Positions 37,619 to 46,904 of a DNA stretch of 64,000 nucleotides are shown piece after piece. The position numbers and the translations under genes are program-made. The notes under the pieces are model-generated. The model saw only the letters and a list, made by a program, of their open reading frames with translations. It did no database searches and was not told where the DNA came from. Source of the stretch: Candidatus Omnitrophota bacterium (lineage in GTDB: Bacteria > Omnitrophota > Gorgyraeia > Zapsychrales > Zapsychraceae); NCBI GenBank assembly GCA_016931055.1, contig JAFGFL010000091.1, forward strand, positions 42,108 through 106,107, read 5' to 3'. Position 1 is the first letter of the stretch; each line of letters starts with the position of its first letter.

Positions 37619-38278
37619 ATGCCGAAAGACAAAATTGTTATCATCGGAGCGGGAGGATTTGGGAGGGAAGTCTGCCGTTGGGTCATGGATATGTACCAGG
37701 GACGCAAAGATGTTGTTGAGGGGTTTTATGACGACAATCCAAGAACCCTTGAAAAATTTCCTGATTTGGAGCTTTCGGTCATAGGAAATACGGCTTTTTC
37801 TGAGGCGCGTCAGGATGTTCTATTTGTGTGTTCGATCGGAAACGTTGAGAACCGGGAAAGACTGTTCATGAAAATCAAGAAATTGGGCGGCAGATTTCTC
37901 ACGGTCATTCATCCTTCGGCGATCATGTCTCCCAACTGTCGAATAGGTGAAGGCGCTATTATCGGGCCTGGGGTTGTGATCAGTGAAAGAGCGGATATCG
38001 GGAAAAACGCGGTCTTGAATATTGGAGTGATTTGCGGGCATGATGTCATTGTGGGAGCGCATTCAAACATTTGTCCCGGAGTCAATATTAACGGTGAGGT
38101 TGAGATCAAGCCGAGGGTGTTTATCGGCTCTTCGGCTGTTATTACACCCAGGGCGGTTATCCCTGAGGATTGTGATGTTTCGGCGGGGAGCGTGGTGTAT
38201 AAAAAGTCTGATTTAAAATCAGGAATGTGTTTGCACGGGAACCCGGCAAAACTATTTCCCAAAATGAGGAAGCACTAA
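37619..38278 (+). CDS. NeuD/PglD-family sugar N-/O-acyltransferase (left-handed beta-helix)
   Basis: KIVIIGAGGFGREV N-terminal Rossmann-like motif typical of NeuD/PglD; C-terminal hexapeptide repeats (IGEGAIIGPGVVISERADIGKNAVLNIGVICGHDVIVG); ATG at 37619 after AGGGGAG. Confidence 0.7.
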   Translation: MPKDKIVIIGAGGFGREVCRWVMDMYQGRKDVVEGFYDDNPRTLEKFPDLELSVIGNTAFSEARQDVLFVCSIGNVENRERLFMKIKKLGGRFLTVIHPSAIMSPNCRIGEGAIIGPGVVISERADIGKNAVLNIGVICGHDVIVGAHSNICPGVNINGEVEIKPRVFIGSSAVITPRAVIPEDCDVSAGSVVYKKSDLKSGMCLHGNPAKLFPKMRKH

Positions 38279-38284
38279 CGACTG

Positions 38285-38551
38285 ATGAAGGAAAGGGAAG
38301 CTGAAAGCATGAATGATCAAAATGAGAAAATAAGGAAAATATTCGCCGATGTTCTCGGCATTCCGGTTGAAAAAATTGATGATGACCTTCAATATAATTC
38401 TATCCCTGAATGGGATTCCATCGCGCATATGGCGCTGATCACGGCGCTTGACAAATCCTTCGATATAATGATTGAAACGGAGGATATCATTGACATGAGC
38501 AGTTTCGGAAAAGCCAAAGAAATCCTTCAGAAATATGAGGTTGTCCTATGA
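38285..38551 (+). CDS. acyl carrier protein
   Basis: 77-88 aa; IPEWDSIAHMALI carries the DS(I/L) phosphopantetheine-attachment serine; an alternative ATG at 38309 has a better RBS (AAGGAAAGGGAAG). Confidence 0.7.
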   Translation: MKEREAESMNDQNEKIRKIFADVLGIPVEKIDDDLQYNSIPEWDSIAHMALITALDKSFDIMIETEDIIDMSSFGKAKEILQKYEVVL

Positions 38552-39294
38552 AGACGATGGAAGGAAAGATTGTTTGGGTGACCGGCGCTTCAAGAGGTAT
38601 CGGGCGGGCCACTGCCTTAATGTTTGCCAAGGAAGGCGCCACTCTGATTCTCAATGCGCGGGAAGAAGGCCATTTGAAGGAAATTGACGCTCAAGTCAAA
38701 GAAGTTTCAGGGAATGCGCCGGTCCTTCTGGGTTACGATGTTTCTGATCCCGTGAAAGTCAAAGACAGCTTTCACCTGATCCATAAGAAGTTCAAGAAAC
38801 TGGATGTGATGGTGAACAATGCCGGAATCCTGGAGGATTCGTTGTTAGGGATGCTTAGCCCTGAATTGGTGACAAAGATATTCTCGACCAACGTGTTCTC
38901 GGTTATTTATCATATGCAATATGCTTCACGATTGATGGCGAAGGATGGAACGGGAAGCATTATCAATGTGAGTTCCATCATCGGCCGTTTGGGCAATGAG
39001 GGACAGGTGGCTTACGGCGCGAGCAAAGCCGCTGTCATCGGGGCGACATTGTCGGCGGCGAAGGAACTCGCGCCGGCGGGCATCAGGGTGAACGCGATTG
39101 CTCCCGGATTTATTGATACGGACATGGTGAAACAGCTGTCGCGTGAGAAATATGATCAACGTTTAGCGAGCATTAAAATGAAAAGGCTGGGGAGTCCGGA
39201 GGAAGTCGGAAAAGTGATCTTCTTTCTGGCTTCTGACGCGGCTTCCTATGTCACGGGTCAAGTGATCGGGATTGATGGGGGCATGCTGGTATGA
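38548..39294 (+). CDS. 3-oxoacyl-ACP-reductase-like SDR (FabG-like)
   Basis: VWVTGASRGIGRATA, NNAG, YGASKAAVIG (YxxxK), PGFIDTDM. Confidence 0.8.
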   Translation: MKTMEGKIVWVTGASRGIGRATALMFAKEGATLILNAREEGHLKEIDAQVKEVSGNAPVLLGYDVSDPVKVKDSFHLIHKKFKKLDVMVNNAGILEDSLLGMLSPELVTKIFSTNVFSVIYHMQYASRLMAKDGTGSIINVSSIIGRLGNEGQVAYGASKAAVIGATLSAAKELAPAGIRVNAIAPGFIDTDMVKQLSREKYDQRLASIKMKRLGSPEEVGKVIFFLASDAASYVTGQVIGIDGGMLV

Positions 39295-40697
39295 ATTTCT
39301 GGGATTTATCACATTCGGGAAAGAGCATTGTTGTCAATAACAGTGAAACCCGGAAGAACTATAGTTATTTGGAATTCCAAGATCGGGTGGATGCTTTCAA
39401 GGCGGAAATGGCGGCACAAAACACCAAAGGGAAAACGTTGGGATTCATCTTTTGCAGGAATTCGCCTGCCGCTTTGGCTGGATATCTGGCGGCTTTGCAG
39501 GGAAAACAAGCCGTTTGCCTGTTAAGCGTTCAATTAGCGGATTTTCTGAGGGATGAATTGATCCGGATTTACCAGCCTGATTGGATATGGGCTCCGTCGG
39601 AAATGGGGGCTTTACCAAATAATTATGATGGAAAGAGGGAATGGGAGGGGTATAGATTGTCTTGTATCTCGCGGGAATCTAAGGGGACGGAAATTCATCC
39701 GGATCTAGCTGTTCTTCTTTCGACATCCGGAACGACCGGAACTCCCAAAATGGTGCGTTTATCCTACCGGAATCTTCAGGCAAACGCCGAATCCATCGCG
39801 GAATATTTGAGGCTGACGTCCAATGAATGCCCGGTGACGACCTTGCCCATGCATTATTCCTACGGACTGTCTGTTGTGAACAGTCATTTACAGGTGGGGG
39901 CGACCTTATTGCTGAATAACCATGACATGATGACAAGGTCGTTCTGGAATTTATTCAAGGAAGAGAACCCTACCTCTTTCGCCGGAGTGCCTTATACCTT
40001 TCAAATGCTTCATCGATTGAAGTTTGAACAAATGCAGCTTCCGTCGTTAAGGACAATAACCCAAGCAGGAGGGCATCTGGATGTTCAATATCAGGAATAT
40101 TTTCAGAAAGCGTGCGGCCGGATGAATGTCAGGTTCTTTGTGATGTACGGCCAGACAGAGGCGACCGCGCGGATCAGTTATATTCCTGTCGAGAAACTTT
40201 CTGATTGTTTGGGTTCTATCGGGATTTCGATACCCGACGGGCGGATGGAAGCAGACCCGGAAACGCAGGAATTAATATACCATGGACCAAACGTCATGAT
40301 GGGATACGCCGAAAGCCGCAAAGACCTGAACAAAGGGGATGAATTAAACGGTCGGCTAAGAACGGGGGACATTGTCAGGCAGGATGAAAGAGGTCATTTC
40401 TATATTCAAGGGCGGTTGAAACGGTTTATCAAACCATTTGGATTGCGCGTGAACTTGGATGACCTGGAGTCGATGATCAAGAAACGATTCCAGAAAGCTT
40501 GTTATTGCACAGGGGATGATTCTCATTTGCTCATTGCCGTTCCGCATGAGAATTTAACCCAGGAAGTCAAAAACCTGATGGTGGATACGTACGGAATGAA
40601 ATTGTCCACATTGAGAGTTTCCACTCTGACGGATATTCCCCGTCTGGAAACGGGTAAAGTCAATTATGCGGCACTGAAGGACGCTCTGCTTAAATGA
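39291..40697 (+). CDS. AMP-dependent synthetase/ligase (acyl-ACP/CoA ligase, adenylate-forming)
   Basis: LLSTSGTTGTPKMV (AMP-binding P-loop), YGQTEA, GD.V..DE.G.F...GR C-terminal motif. Confidence 0.8.
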   Translation: MNFWDLSHSGKSIVVNNSETRKNYSYLEFQDRVDAFKAEMAAQNTKGKTLGFIFCRNSPAALAGYLAALQGKQAVCLLSVQLADFLRDELIRIYQPDWIWAPSEMGALPNNYDGKREWEGYRLSCISRESKGTEIHPDLAVLLSTSGTTGTPKMVRLSYRNLQANAESIAEYLRLTSNECPVTTLPMHYSYGLSVVNSHLQVGATLLLNNHDMMTRSFWNLFKEENPTSFAGVPYTFQMLHRLKFEQMQLPSLRTITQAGGHLDVQYQEYFQKACGRMNVRFFVMYGQTEATARISYIPVEKLSDCLGSIGISIPDGRMEADPETQELIYHGPNVMMGYAESRKDLNKGDELNGRLRTGDIVRQDERGHFYIQGRLKRFIKPFGLRVNLDDLESMIKKRFQKACYCTGDDSHLLIAVPHENLTQEVKNLMVDTYGMKLSTLRVSTLTDIPRLETGKVNYAALKDALLK

Positions 40698-41779
40698 ATC
40701 TGGAACGCTTTTTTCAAGAGGAACCATTCGCTTGGGGTGCTGATGAGAAAAACGGCATCTTATCGGACGCGCTGTGGAAATTAACGGAAAAACACAGGAA
40801 GGCCTGTGAGATGTACCGGCGGATCCTGGAAGCGCTGCCGAACGGCACATTCAATTCTAAACGGATCGATCAGGTGCCGACGCTTCCGATCGGGCTTTTT
40901 AAACGGTATGACTTAAAAAGTGTTTCTCCTAAAGCTGTTGTCCGGGTCCTGACATCGAGCGGAACGACTTCGCAGACAGTGTCCCGTATTTTTCTGGACA
41001 AAGAAACATCTGTTCTTCAGACCAAAGCGTTGACGTGTATTATGCGGTCATTTATCGGACCCAAGCGGTTGCCGATGATCTTGGTGGACAGTCAAAATGT
41101 CCTGGAGAGGAAGGATTCCATGAACGCCCGCGGGGCCGGCCTGGTTGGTTTGAGCCTGTTTGGCCGGGATCACTTTTACATGCTGGACGAATCCATGCGT
41201 GTCCGTTGGGAAGAACTGGGAGCTTTCCTTAAGGAACATGCTGGTGAGAAAATCCTTATTTTTGGATTTACATCGATGATTTGGCAATATTTTCTGGAAG
41301 AAGCAAGGGCGGGAAAACGTGATATCTCTGTGCGAAATGGCCTATTGGTCCATGGCGGCGGTTGGAAGAAATTACAGTCACTGGGGATATCAAACGATGA
41401 ATTTAAGAAAGCGATCAGAAACCAGTTCCAGATTGAGCAGATTCACAATTTTTACGGGATGGCGGAACAGGTGGGTTCCATATTCATGGAATGTGAACGC
41501 GGCTATCTCCACGTTCCGAATTGTTCCGATATAATCATTCGGGATGGGCGTTCTCTGGAAGCGCTGAGGAACCGGAAAAAAGGGATCATTCAGGTGTTGA
41601 GCGTTTTGCCCCAAAGCTATCCGGGGCACAGTTTGCTGACGGAGGATGAAGGGATGATTGAGGGAGAAGATGATTGTCGTTGCGGACGCAAGGGAAAGTA
41701 TTTCCAGGTTCTTGGCCGTTTACCTCAAGTCGAATTACGCGGATGCAGTGATGTTTACGCTTATGGAGAAAGTCACTAA
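40694..41779 (+). CDS. LuxE-like acyl-protein synthetase family protein
   Basis: About 360 aa; VLTSSGTTSQTVSRIF resembles the LuxE SSGTTG acyl-adenylate motif; sits next to the ligase and a LuxC-like gene. Confidence 0.5.
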   Translation: MNLERFFQEEPFAWGADEKNGILSDALWKLTEKHRKACEMYRRILEALPNGTFNSKRIDQVPTLPIGLFKRYDLKSVSPKAVVRVLTSSGTTSQTVSRIFLDKETSVLQTKALTCIMRSFIGPKRLPMILVDSQNVLERKDSMNARGAGLVGLSLFGRDHFYMLDESMRVRWEELGAFLKEHAGEKILIFGFTSMIWQYFLEEARAGKRDISVRNGLLVHGGGWKKLQSLGISNDEFKKAIRNQFQIEQIHNFYGMAEQVGSIFMECERGYLHVPNCSDIIIRDGRSLEALRNRKKGIIQVLSVLPQSYPGHSLLTEDEGMIEGEDDCRCGRKGKYFQVLGRLPQVELRGCSDVYAYGESH

Positions 41780-43005
41780 TGGAAGTATTATCGCCTGCAA
41801 ATGTCAAAGCGATGGATTACCAGGAGATTTTGGAAAGCATTCTAAAACGGGAGCCGTTTAAACCGTTTGATCCCGTCCTGATGGCGTTTGCCAAAGATGT
41901 TTCGGATGCCGTATTGAGCGACCGTCATTTTCGCGGTTACCCTGACATGATGGCGGCGGCTCACTGGATGCGGGCAAGTCATATAAAGGAGGTTCGCGAG
42001 AGATATGAATCCAGGCGGCAGGGACGGATTTGGCTGCCGAGAGGGACGGTCGTGCATTTTGCTCCGGCGAATGTGGATACTGTTTTTATTTACTCATGGA
42101 TTATTTCTTTTCTTCTGGGCAACAAAAACATCATCCGGCTTTCTCAGGGGAGAGGTCAGCAAGTGAACGCGTTTCTTCAGGCGGTCAATGGATTGCTCGA
42201 GAATAAGCGATACCAGCCGGTGAGCGACCGGAATATGTTTATCTGTTATGGGCATGAGGAGACGGTAACGGGAAGCCTTTGCGCTCAGTGCGATGTGCGT
42301 GTTATTTGGGGGGGGGATGAAACGGTTCGTTTGATCCGGCAGGTACCGCTGCCGCCTTACGCGACGGAAATCGTTTTTGCGGACAAGTTTTCTTTGGCGG
42401 CCATAAAAAGTAAGGCTGTCACAATATCGACGGAGAATGATTTGAACGATCTCGCTGGAAAATTCTATAATGATGCCTTCTGGTTCAATCAGAACGCCTG
42501 TTCATCACCGAGAATGGTTGTATGGATCGGTTCCAAGAGTGATAATGAGAGAGCGAAGAAGCTGTTTTGGGACGCGCTAAAGAAAGTAATTGAAAGAAAT
42601 GGCCTCAAGGAGGATGTGGCGGTCGGGTTGAACAGGATGTTGACGGGATACAGTTTTGCCGCTGAAGGATTAGCGGATCGATTGTCCTCTCAGGGGACGG
42701 AGAGGCCGTACCGTTTGCATATTAATGATTTAAGCGACCGGGTTAGGACGCAGCATGCTGGCGGCGGTGTATTCCTTGAAATGGAACTGTCCTCATTGTC
42801 CCTGCTAACCAGGCATGTGACTCGCAAGGATCAAACGTTATCTGTTTATGGATTTGACAAAGATGAATTGTCCGAATTCTCATCAGGTTTATTAAACGGA
42901 GGCGTGAACCGGGTCGTTCAGGTTGGGCAAGCGCTTGAGTTTGATTTGATTTGGGACGGATTTGATTTGTTTACTTATCTTTCGCGTGAAATCACGGTGA
43001 AATAA
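41779..43005 (+). CDS. LuxC-like acyl-CoA/acyl-protein reductase family protein
   Basis: About 408 aa, overall aldehyde-dehydrogenase-like; HFAPANVDTVFIYSWIISFLLGNKNIIRLSQ, VIWGGDETV; genomic context with LuxE-like/ACP/ligase as in the V. cholerae O1 rfbKLMNO genes. Confidence 0.45.
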   Translation: MEVLSPANVKAMDYQEILESILKREPFKPFDPVLMAFAKDVSDAVLSDRHFRGYPDMMAAAHWMRASHIKEVRERYESRRQGRIWLPRGTVVHFAPANVDTVFIYSWIISFLLGNKNIIRLSQGRGQQVNAFLQAVNGLLENKRYQPVSDRNMFICYGHEETVTGSLCAQCDVRVIWGGDETVRLIRQVPLPPYATEIVFADKFSLAAIKSKAVTISTENDLNDLAGKFYNDAFWFNQNACSSPRMVVWIGSKSDNERAKKLFWDALKKVIERNGLKEDVAVGLNRMLTGYSFAAEGLADRLSSQGTERPYRLHINDLSDRVRTQHAGGGVFLEMELSSLSLLTRHVTRKDQTLSVYGFDKDELSEFSSGLLNGGVNRVVQVGQALEFDLIWDGFDLFTYLSREITVK

Positions 43006-43017
43006 TGCAAGGGACCT

Positions 43018-44037
43018 ATGCCTAATAAGAAAAATACTCATGTTATGATCATCGCCGAGGCGGGTGTTAACCACAATGGAAACTTGGAGACGGCGTTGCG
43101 GCTGGTTGATGAGGCGGCATGTGCGGGTGCCGATGCCGTTAAATTCCAGACTTTTATTGCCGAAGCGGGTGTCAGCAAGTTCGCGCCGAAAGCCGAATAT
43201 CAGAAGAGAACCATGGGGAATGAGGAATCGCAACTGGAAATGGTCAAGAAGCTTGAACTGGATGAAAACGCGCACAGGAAATTGATGCAACGCTGCAAAC
43301 AGAAAGATATCCTTTTTCTTTCGACACCTTTTGACAGGGGAAGTATTGAATTGCTTGATCAGCTTGGACTGGAGATGATCAAAATTCCTTCCGGTGAGAT
43401 CACGAATCTTCCATATCTGCGAAAGGTCGGGGCCTTGAAGAAAAAGCTCATTCTTTCGACCGGCATGTCAACCCTCAAGGAAATCCGGGTGGCGCTCCGG
43501 ATACTGGAATCCTCAGGGACGCCAAGGAGCCGGATAACAGTTCTTCATTGCAATACCGAGTATCCAACTCCCTACGAGGACGTGAATCTTTTGGCCATGT
43601 TGACGATCAGAGACAAGTTGGGTGTTAAGGTCGGTTATTCCGATCATACTCTAGGCGTTGAAGTTCCTATTGCGGCGGCCGCTTTGGGCGCGTCGGTTAT
43701 TGAAAAACATTTTACTCTTGACCGGACGATGCCCGGACCCGATCATATAGCTTCCATTGAACCAGATGAACTGAGGCAAATGGTTTTGGCCGTGAGAAAT
43801 ATTGAGAAAGTCCTGGGGGATGGTACTAAAAAGGCTTCGCCTTCTGAACAAAAGAATATTCCTATCGCTCGTAAAAGTATTGTGGCTGATAAAGACATTG
43901 CCAAAGGGGAAATCTATTCCGAGAGTAATATTACAATCAAAAGGCCAGGAACGGGGATCACTCCTATGCAATGGGACCATGTGTTGGGCATTCCATCCAA
44001 AAGAAACTTTTGTAAAGATGAATTGATTGAATTATAG
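43018..44037 (+). CDS. nonulosonic acid synthase, NeuB/PseI/LegI family (copy 2)
   Basis: VMIIAEAGVNHNG, AVKFQTF, LSTPFD, C-terminal SAF domain (SIVADKDIAKGEIYSESNITIKRPGTG). Confidence 0.8.
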   Translation: MPNKKNTHVMIIAEAGVNHNGNLETALRLVDEAACAGADAVKFQTFIAEAGVSKFAPKAEYQKRTMGNEESQLEMVKKLELDENAHRKLMQRCKQKDILFLSTPFDRGSIELLDQLGLEMIKIPSGEITNLPYLRKVGALKKKLILSTGMSTLKEIRVALRILESSGTPRSRITVLHCNTEYPTPYEDVNLLAMLTIRDKLGVKVGYSDHTLGVEVPIAAAALGASVIEKHFTLDRTMPGPDHIASIEPDELRQMVLAVRNIEKVLGDGTKKASPSEQKNIPIARKSIVADKDIAKGEIYSESNITIKRPGTGITPMQWDHVLGIPSKRNFCKDELIEL

Positions 44038-44103
44038 ATCAAACAATGAAATCAATGAGAACAGGATTAATGACTAATGTATGTCAATGGGAAAGGGCTT
44101 TAA

Positions 44104-45741
44104 ATGAGTAAACCAAATATGCTATTCATTTCACCACCGGATATACCTATCGAAGAAATTAGGAATACGAATACACCGACGGCACAGTGGGCAACGAACA
44201 TTTCCATGAAGATGGGGATCTTATCGCTTGCGGCCTATACTTTAAAGCATGTGGATGCACAAATCCGGATTATTGATCTTGGTCTCGAGATTTCAAATAA
44301 TGAGGATAGTTTTAAAACGATGATATGGGAGGAGTTTTTACGTCTGACCATGTCGAAAGTGTTTGATTCAGAACTTCCTGAGATTGTCGGGATATCGGCT
44401 CTTTATAACTCCAATGCAGGATATATGGAACTTATTGCTTCAACCGCAAAAGTTTTATGGCCGGGAGTCTTGGTTATTGCGGGGGGTATTTTACCGACCA
44501 ATTATTATCGTTATGTTCTTGATGAGGCCCCGAGTATCGATGCCATCGTAATCAAAGAAGGAGAGAAGCCTCTTGTTGGGCTTCTTACAGCCGGTGATAA
44601 GAAAGAATACCTTGCTGGGGCAAAGGGATGGATGACAAGAGAAAGGCTTCATGAAGAGCCAACCATGGACTTAATCAATGATCTCGATGAAATCCCGTTC
44701 TTTAGATATGACCTGATTGATTTCGATGCTTATCAGAAATTGAATCGTTACCATGGTGAGCGCTCGTCTGATTCAATTGCTGTATCGGTGATGACAACAC
44801 GGGGATGTCCCTATGGATGTTGTTTCTGCGCATCACATACGGTCCATGGAAAGAAAATAAGACGACATAGTTCTGAACGTGTTTTGAATGACATCCATAA
44901 ACTAAAGGAATTATACAAAGTGAATATCATTTTGATTGAAGACGATCTTTTTTTTATTCAGAAAGAGTATGCGCTTGAGGTGTTAAAGGGCATTTCAAAA
45001 ATGAATTTGACCATTGAATTTCCAAACGGGATTTCCATCCAACATATGGATGAAGAAATGGTGGATGCTTTAAAAACAGCCGGCCTTAAAATGGCAACAC
45101 TAGCTGTGGAATCAGGGAGTGAGCGTGTGCTCAATGAAATCATTCATAAACCATATAAGAAACTATCAAGAGTGAAATATGTTGTTTCTCTTTTGCGAGA
45201 ACGGGGAATATATGTTCGGGCTGGTTTTATAATTGGTTTTCCGGGAGAAACGATGGAAGAGATTCTTGAAACTAAGCGGTTCATGAAAGAAACAGGCTTT
45301 AATTGGGTGCAGATATTTATTGCTACACCGTTAGTCGGATCTGAACTTTATGATATCTGTAAGAAGAACGAGCTGCTGATATCTGACAGTCTCGAGAAAT
45401 TCCATTTTGGGCAATCTAACATAAGATTATCACATTCAACTTCCGAAGAATTTGTTAACCTTCGATATTTGATGAATTTGGAAGTCAATTTTGTTGATAA
45501 TTATGATTTAAGGAATGGTAGCCCGCAAGTTGCACTGATTGGATTTCTCGATGTAATCAATCGGGTCCCCAATCACGCGTTTGCTTACTATTTTGCCTCT
45601 CAATGTTATGAAAAGATGGGAAAGGAAGATCTATGCCGTGAGTATCAAGCAAAGTATAGAGAGATTGTTCTTGCTTCAAGCGAATGGATGGGATACACAA
45701 AACACTTTAATCTTCCAATTGGGGAAATGGCTGAATTATGA
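44104..45741 (+). CDS. cobalamin(B12)-binding-domain radical SAM enzyme (class B) #3
   Basis: B12-fold N-terminus (MLFISPPD...GILSLAAYTLKH); CPYGCCFC (CxxxCxxC); 545 aa. Confidence 0.75.
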   Translation: MSKPNMLFISPPDIPIEEIRNTNTPTAQWATNISMKMGILSLAAYTLKHVDAQIRIIDLGLEISNNEDSFKTMIWEEFLRLTMSKVFDSELPEIVGISALYNSNAGYMELIASTAKVLWPGVLVIAGGILPTNYYRYVLDEAPSIDAIVIKEGEKPLVGLLTAGDKKEYLAGAKGWMTRERLHEEPTMDLINDLDEIPFFRYDLIDFDAYQKLNRYHGERSSDSIAVSVMTTRGCPYGCCFCASHTVHGKKIRRHSSERVLNDIHKLKELYKVNIILIEDDLFFIQKEYALEVLKGISKMNLTIEFPNGISIQHMDEEMVDALKTAGLKMATLAVESGSERVLNEIIHKPYKKLSRVKYVVSLLRERGIYVRAGFIIGFPGETMEEILETKRFMKETGFNWVQIFIATPLVGSELYDICKKNELLISDSLEKFHFGQSNIRLSHSTSEEFVNLRYLMNLEVNFVDNYDLRNGSPQVALIGFLDVINRVPNHAFAYYFASQCYEKMGKEDLCREYQAKYREIVLASSEWMGYTKHFNLPIGEMAEL

Positions 45742-46901
45742 AAAAAATATGTATTATTACTGGATCACGGGCGGAATACGGGATTCTCAGGCCTTTGATC
45801 GAAGAAATTAAGAATGACGGCAGTCTTGAACTGCAATTGCTGGTTACAGGGATGCACCTATCGACGGAATTCAATCTCACTTTTCAGGAGATAGAGAAGG
45901 ACGGATTTCCGATCAGCGAAAAAATTGAGACGCTGCTGAGTTCTGATACACCTGTCGGCATCTCAAAATCGATGGGATTGACTATCATCAGCTTCAGCGA
46001 AGCCTACGAGCGACTGAAGCCTGACCTCATTGTTGTCCTTGGGGACCGATTTGAGATTTTCAGCGCTCTTGTTCCGGCTCTGATTTGCGGGATCCCGGTG
46101 GCGCACATTGCCGGCGGCGAAATAACGCAAGGGGCTTTTGATGACGCCTTGCGTCATTCCATCACTAAAATGAGCCAGATCCATTTTACGGCGACCGAGG
46201 AATACAGAAAAAGGGTCATTCAATTGGGCGAACATCCTTCTACGGTCTTTAATGTCGGAGCCCCGGGGATCGATGCCATCCAAAAGACGCGATTCTTGAC
46301 CAGAGAAGGATTGAAGAAGGAACTGGGGATTGGCTTTAACAAGCGAAATCTGCTTATTGTATTTCATCCGGCGACCTTGGAGAAGAAAACGGCGTCCAAA
46401 GACCAATTCAGGGAGATACTTTCTGTTTGTGACGAACTCAAAGACACGAATATGTTTTTTGTTAAATCAAACGCGGATACCCATGGCCGGATCATCAACG
46501 CGATGATTGATGAATATGTCGCGGTCAATTCCGAGACAACATGGGCATTTACATCGTTAGGGCACGAAAAATACTTGTCTCTTCTGCGGCAGGTGGACGG
46601 CATGATAGGAAATTCTTCAAGCGGTATTGTTGAAGCGCCCAGTTTGAAGGTGGGCACGATCAATATCGGAGACCGGCAGAAGGGAAGAGTCCGGGCCCAA
46701 AGCGTCATCGACTGTGAGGCGACAAAAGGGGCGATAAGGAAGGGGATTAAGACGTTGTATTCAGCGGCCTATCAAAGAAAACTAAGAAATGTTCTCAATC
46801 CCTATGGGAAAGGGAACGCGGCAAAATCGATCAAGGGAATCATTAAATCATATCAGTTGAACAATATTGTTAAAAAGAAGTTTTATGACATCAAGGGATA
46901 A
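45738..46901 (+). CDS. UDP-N-acetylglucosamine 2-epimerase (hydrolysing), NeuC/LegG-like (copy 2)
   Basis: KICIITGSRAEYG, DLIVVLGDRFE, HIAGGEITQGAFDDALRHSITKMSQIHF; colinear with copy 1. Confidence 0.8.
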   Translation: MKKICIITGSRAEYGILRPLIEEIKNDGSLELQLLVTGMHLSTEFNLTFQEIEKDGFPISEKIETLLSSDTPVGISKSMGLTIISFSEAYERLKPDLIVVLGDRFEIFSALVPALICGIPVAHIAGGEITQGAFDDALRHSITKMSQIHFTATEEYRKRVIQLGEHPSTVFNVGAPGIDAIQKTRFLTREGLKKELGIGFNKRNLLIVFHPATLEKKTASKDQFREILSVCDELKDTNMFFVKSNADTHGRIINAMIDEYVAVNSETTWAFTSLGHEKYLSLLRQVDGMIGNSSSGIVEAPSLKVGTINIGDRQKGRVRAQSVIDCEATKGAIRKGIKTLYSAAYQRKLRNVLNPYGKGNAAKSIKGIIKSYQLNNIVKKKFYDIKG

Positions 46902-46904
46902 AAT

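Noticed and set aside
44046-44111. 21-aa mini-ORF (MKSMRTGLMTNVCQWERALNE) in the 66-bp gap upstream of radical SAM #3
   Set aside because: No Shine-Dalgarno sequence, very short, and it overlaps the downstream start out of frame. Most likely chance; it could only be a leader peptide if it proves conserved, which I cannot assess.
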